Positions 61,755-64,000 of a stretch of 64,000 nt of DNA are shown here, piece after piece (positions within the stretch are counted from its first letter, which is position 1; each line of letters begins with the position of its first letter). The notes beneath the pieces are model-generated. The model was not told the DNA's origin and did no database searches. It was given only the letters and a program-made list of their open reading frames with translations. Origin of the DNA: an uncultured bacterium (GTDB lineage: Bacteria; Patescibacteriota; Minisyncoccia; Phycocordibacterales; UBA6065); the NCBI GenBank assembly GCA_966243015.1, contig CBIMES010000001.1, positions 50,598-114,597 on the forward strand, read 5' to 3'. The position numbers and the translations under genes are program-made.

Positions 61755-61826
61755 AGGCCACGGCGAGAATCGAACTCGCGCATAGAGATTTTGCAGATCT
61801 CCGAATTACCACTTTTCTACGTGGCC
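61755..61826 (-). tRNA. tRNA-Cys (anticodon GCA)
   Basis: Manual fold: acceptor GGCCACG/CGTGGCC, anticodon stem-loop GAGAT-CTGCAAA-ATCTC, T arm GCGAG-TTCGATT-CTCGC, discriminator U as expected for Cys. Confidence 0.85.
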
Positions 61827-61864
61827 GTCTGACGTGCGCGCGGCTTTACCGCGGCATGTCTATC

Positions 61865-62194
61865 TTAGAGCCCATTCGTGAGCGCGTCAATTTTCTGGCG
61901 GCTCTTCTCGCCCTGGTCGATGGCGAAGTCGAAGAAGGGGATGCGCATGAGGCGGCCGTGCTCCTTGACGAACTCGCGGAACTGGCCGCGCTGCCTCTTG
62001 GCGAAGTCGAGGGCGGCGTTCTCCTGGTCCTCGGGGAGCACGGTGAAGAAGATCGTCGCGGTCGAGCCCTGCTGGTTGGTCTCGATCTTGGTGACGGTGA
62101 TGAGGGAGGTGCGGTTCGACTCGAGCGAGAGGAATCGCGCCGCGAGGTCGCGGATGATCTCCTCGAATCGTCCCTGCTTGATTGATGATGACAT
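61865..62194 (-). CDS. rbfA: ribosome-binding factor A
   Basis: KH-like RbfA pattern (RFEEIIRDLAARFL..TVTKIETNQQGSTATIFFTVL); position immediately downstream of infB. Confidence 0.8.
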   Translation of the reverse strand: MSSSIKQGRFEEIIRDLAARFLSLESNRTSLITVTKIETNQQGSTATIFFTVLPEDQENAALDFAKRQRGQFREFVKEHGRLMRIPFFDFAIDQGEKSRQKIDALTNGL

Positions 62195-62218
62195 GGTGTT
62201 TGTGGTGTGTGGAGGGAA

Positions 62219-63736
62219 TTACTTCTCGACGACGGCGAAGGCCTCGATGACGTCGCCCGGCGCGAGCTCCATCTTGGCGTCGATCATGGCTCCGAACTCG
62301 AAGCCCTCGGCGACCGAGCTCGTCTTTGACTTTGCCTGCTGGAGCTCGCGGACGACGCCCTCGCCGATCACGGTCTCGCGACGGACAATCCTAACGCGGG
62401 CGCCAAGGGTCATCTCGCGGTCGATGACCTTGCCTCCGATGATCTGCTTGTCCTTGGTGGCGCTGAAGAACTTGAGGATCTTGGCCTTGCCCGTGACCTC
62501 CTCGGTCTTGACCTTTGGTCGGGCCTCGATGACCTTCTGCTCGAGCCACTCGGTGAGCTTGTAGATGATGTCGAAGGTCGCGTAGGTGATGCCGAGACGT
62601 TCGATCATTGCCTTTGCCTGGCCGTCCGCCTTCACGTTGAAGCCGACGACGAGGGTCTCGGTGCCGCCTCCCGCAGTCTTGATGTCCGACTCGGTGATGT
62701 CGCCGATTGACGCGTGAACGACTTTGACGACGACGCGGTCGTTCTGGATCTTCTTGATCTCGTGCTCGATGGCCTCGACTGACCCGAGGACGTCTGCCTT
62801 CACAATGACGGGGAGGATTTTCTTGGCGCCCTCCTCCGGTCGTCGTGGGCCCATGGGGACGATGACGGGTCGACCAGACTTTTCCTCGGCGATGCGCTCG
62901 AGGTGCGCCTCCAGAGACTTCTTGGAGCTGAAGCAGACGAAGGTGCCGCCAACCTTCGGCGCGAGGTTCCATCCGACGATGCGGACGGGGCTCGAGAAGG
63001 TGGCCTCGGTAATCTTCTTGCCGCTGAAGTCCTCGAGCATGCGGACGGGGGAGAACGCCTCGCCTACAGCGACGAACATGCCGGTCGAGAGGGAGCCGTT
63101 CTTGATGATGAGGGTGGCCGAGATGCCCTTCTTTGGGTCTCGGTATGCCTCTATGACGGTTCCGGTCGCGAGGGTCTCTGAGTCGCCCTCGAGTCCCGCT
63201 ACGTCCGCGGTCAGGATGATGAGGTCGAGGAGCTCGTCGATGCCTTCGCCAGTCTTTGACGAGATGGGCACGTACGAGATGTTGCCGCCGTAGCCCTCGA
63301 GGTAGATCTCGTTCTCGGCGAGAGATATTTTGGCTCGCTCGACGTTTGCCTGGGGTTTGTCGATTTTAGTGATGGCGACGATGAACGGCACGCCTGCGGC
63401 GACGATCTGCTTGTACGCCTCGACGGTCTGCTTCTTCACGCCGTCCTCGGACGAGACGATGAGAATGGCGATGTCCGCGGTCGAGGCGCCGCGCTCGCGC
63501 ATGCCCGCGAATGCCTCGTGGCCTGGGGTGTCGATGAAGGTGATCTTCTGGGGGCCATCCTTCGTGTCGCGGGTGACCTCGTAGGCGGTGATGCTCTGGG
63601 TGATGCCACCGGCCTCCTTGTCTACGACGTTAGACTTGCGGATATAGTCGAGTAGGGTCGATTTGCCGTGGTCAACGTGACCCATGATGGAGACGACGGG
63701 CGGACGCTTCTGGTTTGTGTTGAAGTCGATAGACAT
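62219..63736 (-). CDS. infB: translation initiation factor IF-2 (short form lacking N-terminal extension)
   Basis: VVSIMGHVDHGKSTLLD (G1), DTPGHEAF (G3) and NKIDK (G4); beta-barrel domains II and IV. Confidence 0.95.
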   Translation of the reverse strand: MSIDFNTNQKRPPVVSIMGHVDHGKSTLLDYIRKSNVVDKEAGGITQSITAYEVTRDTKDGPQKITFIDTPGHEAFAGMRERGASTADIAILIVSSEDGVKKQTVEAYKQIVAAGVPFIVAITKIDKPQANVERAKISLAENEIYLEGYGGNISYVPISSKTGEGIDELLDLIILTADVAGLEGDSETLATGTVIEAYRDPKKGISATLIIKNGSLSTGMFVAVGEAFSPVRMLEDFSGKKITEATFSSPVRIVGWNLAPKVGGTFVCFSSKKSLEAHLERIAEEKSGRPVIVPMGPRRPEEGAKKILPVIVKADVLGSVEAIEHEIKKIQNDRVVVKVVHASIGDITESDIKTAGGGTETLVVGFNVKADGQAKAMIERLGITYATFDIIYKLTEWLEQKVIEARPKVKTEEVTGKAKILKFFSATKDKQIIGGKVIDREMTLGARVRIVRRETVIGEGVVRELQQAKSKTSSVAEGFEFGAMIDAKMELAPGDVIEAFAVVEK

Positions 63737-63755
63737 GGGTTGTTCATAAAATTAT

Positions 63756-64000
63756 TATTTGCCGCCGAGCTTTTCCTGTGCCGCCGAAAGGGCCTGGTGC
63801 TCTTCTTCCGAGAGGTCGATCTGCGACTTGAAGGCGGTGATGCCCTTGGCGAAGACCGAGACGCGCTCGCGGGTGTAGAGGCTCGAGATGACGATACCGT
63901 TTCCGTTCTCGTCGATCATCGCCGTGGCGAAGCTCTGGTTTCCGCCGAGGCCGTCTCCCTTGAAGGCGTTGAAGCGGACCGTCTCTACCGCCTGGGTGCT
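63756..64000 (-). CDS. hypothetical protein (possibly DUF4446-like), 5' end beyond window
   Basis: C-terminal fragment ..VRFNAFKGDGLGGNQSFATAMIDENGNGIVISSLYTRERVSVFAKGI..LGGK* immediately upstream of infB. The family assignment is tentative. Confidence 0.35.

Noticed and set aside
1-64000. CRISPR arrays, rRNA genes, IS/transposase or integrase genes, prophage structural modules
   Set aside because: No regularly spaced direct repeats, rRNA-like sequences or transposase/integrase motifs were found. The only phage-like signature is the S74 domain embedded in the giant chromosomal protein.

Overview
This 64 kb window comes from a GC-rich, gene-dense bacterial chromosome; most genes sit on the minus strand. 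Gene content (short IF-2, compact aaRS genes, a type IV pilin, many small membrane proteins) and promoter architecture (frequent TATAAT-like hexamers 6-11 nt upstream of start codons) suggest a CPR/Patescibacteria-like organism; that attribution is inference only.

Housekeeping genes that I recognise from conserved motifs:
- translation and RNA: typA/bipA, valS, a divergent hisS-like gene, infB, rbfA, rpsA, rpsU, pth, truB, tlyA, ybeY, tsaD;
- cell division and DNA: ftsA-ftsZ, gyrA, a partial UvrD-like helicase-nuclease;
- envelope and stress: trxB, bcp, a DsbA-like protein, lepB, mscL, Hsp20, a PrsW-like protease, an M23 peptidase next to a DevBCA/MacAB-like tripartite ABC exporter.

Nine tRNA genes are present: Phe, Val, Ser(CGA), Glu, Leu(TAG), Lys, Leu(TAA), Cys.

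The unusual content is in the findings:
1. A family of four ~100-nt palindromic elements sits at gene 3' ends (two flank tRNA-Phe, one follows ftsZ, one lies upstream of lepB). Each has a 21-25 bp perfectly paired outer stem that differs between copies by compensatory changes, and a conserved ~55-nt core with its own small hairpins.
2. A 2878-aa predicted surface protein carries an N-terminal HTH_17-like domain, one TM helix, about sixteen 'GIGT(T/S)(T/S)P' repeats, a C-terminal S74-type intramolecular-chaperone domain and a Pro/Thr/Glu-rich tail. A secreted 4x LamG-repeat protein follows it.
3. Six paralogous small secreted two-TM proteins (one isolated, five in tandem) have the layout of VirB2/TrbC-like pilins.
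4. Three paralogous ~90-aa coiled-coil proteins occur; two share a nucleotide-conserved 5' end that includes a perfect 11-bp inverted repeat just upstream of the ATG.
5. Several terminator-bounded GC-rich regions have no convincing ORF and are candidate ncRNAs.

I found no CRISPR array, rRNA gene, transposase or integrase. Many ORFs in the six-frame track are alternate-frame artefacts of high GC (Arg/Pro/Ser-rich) and were rejected.
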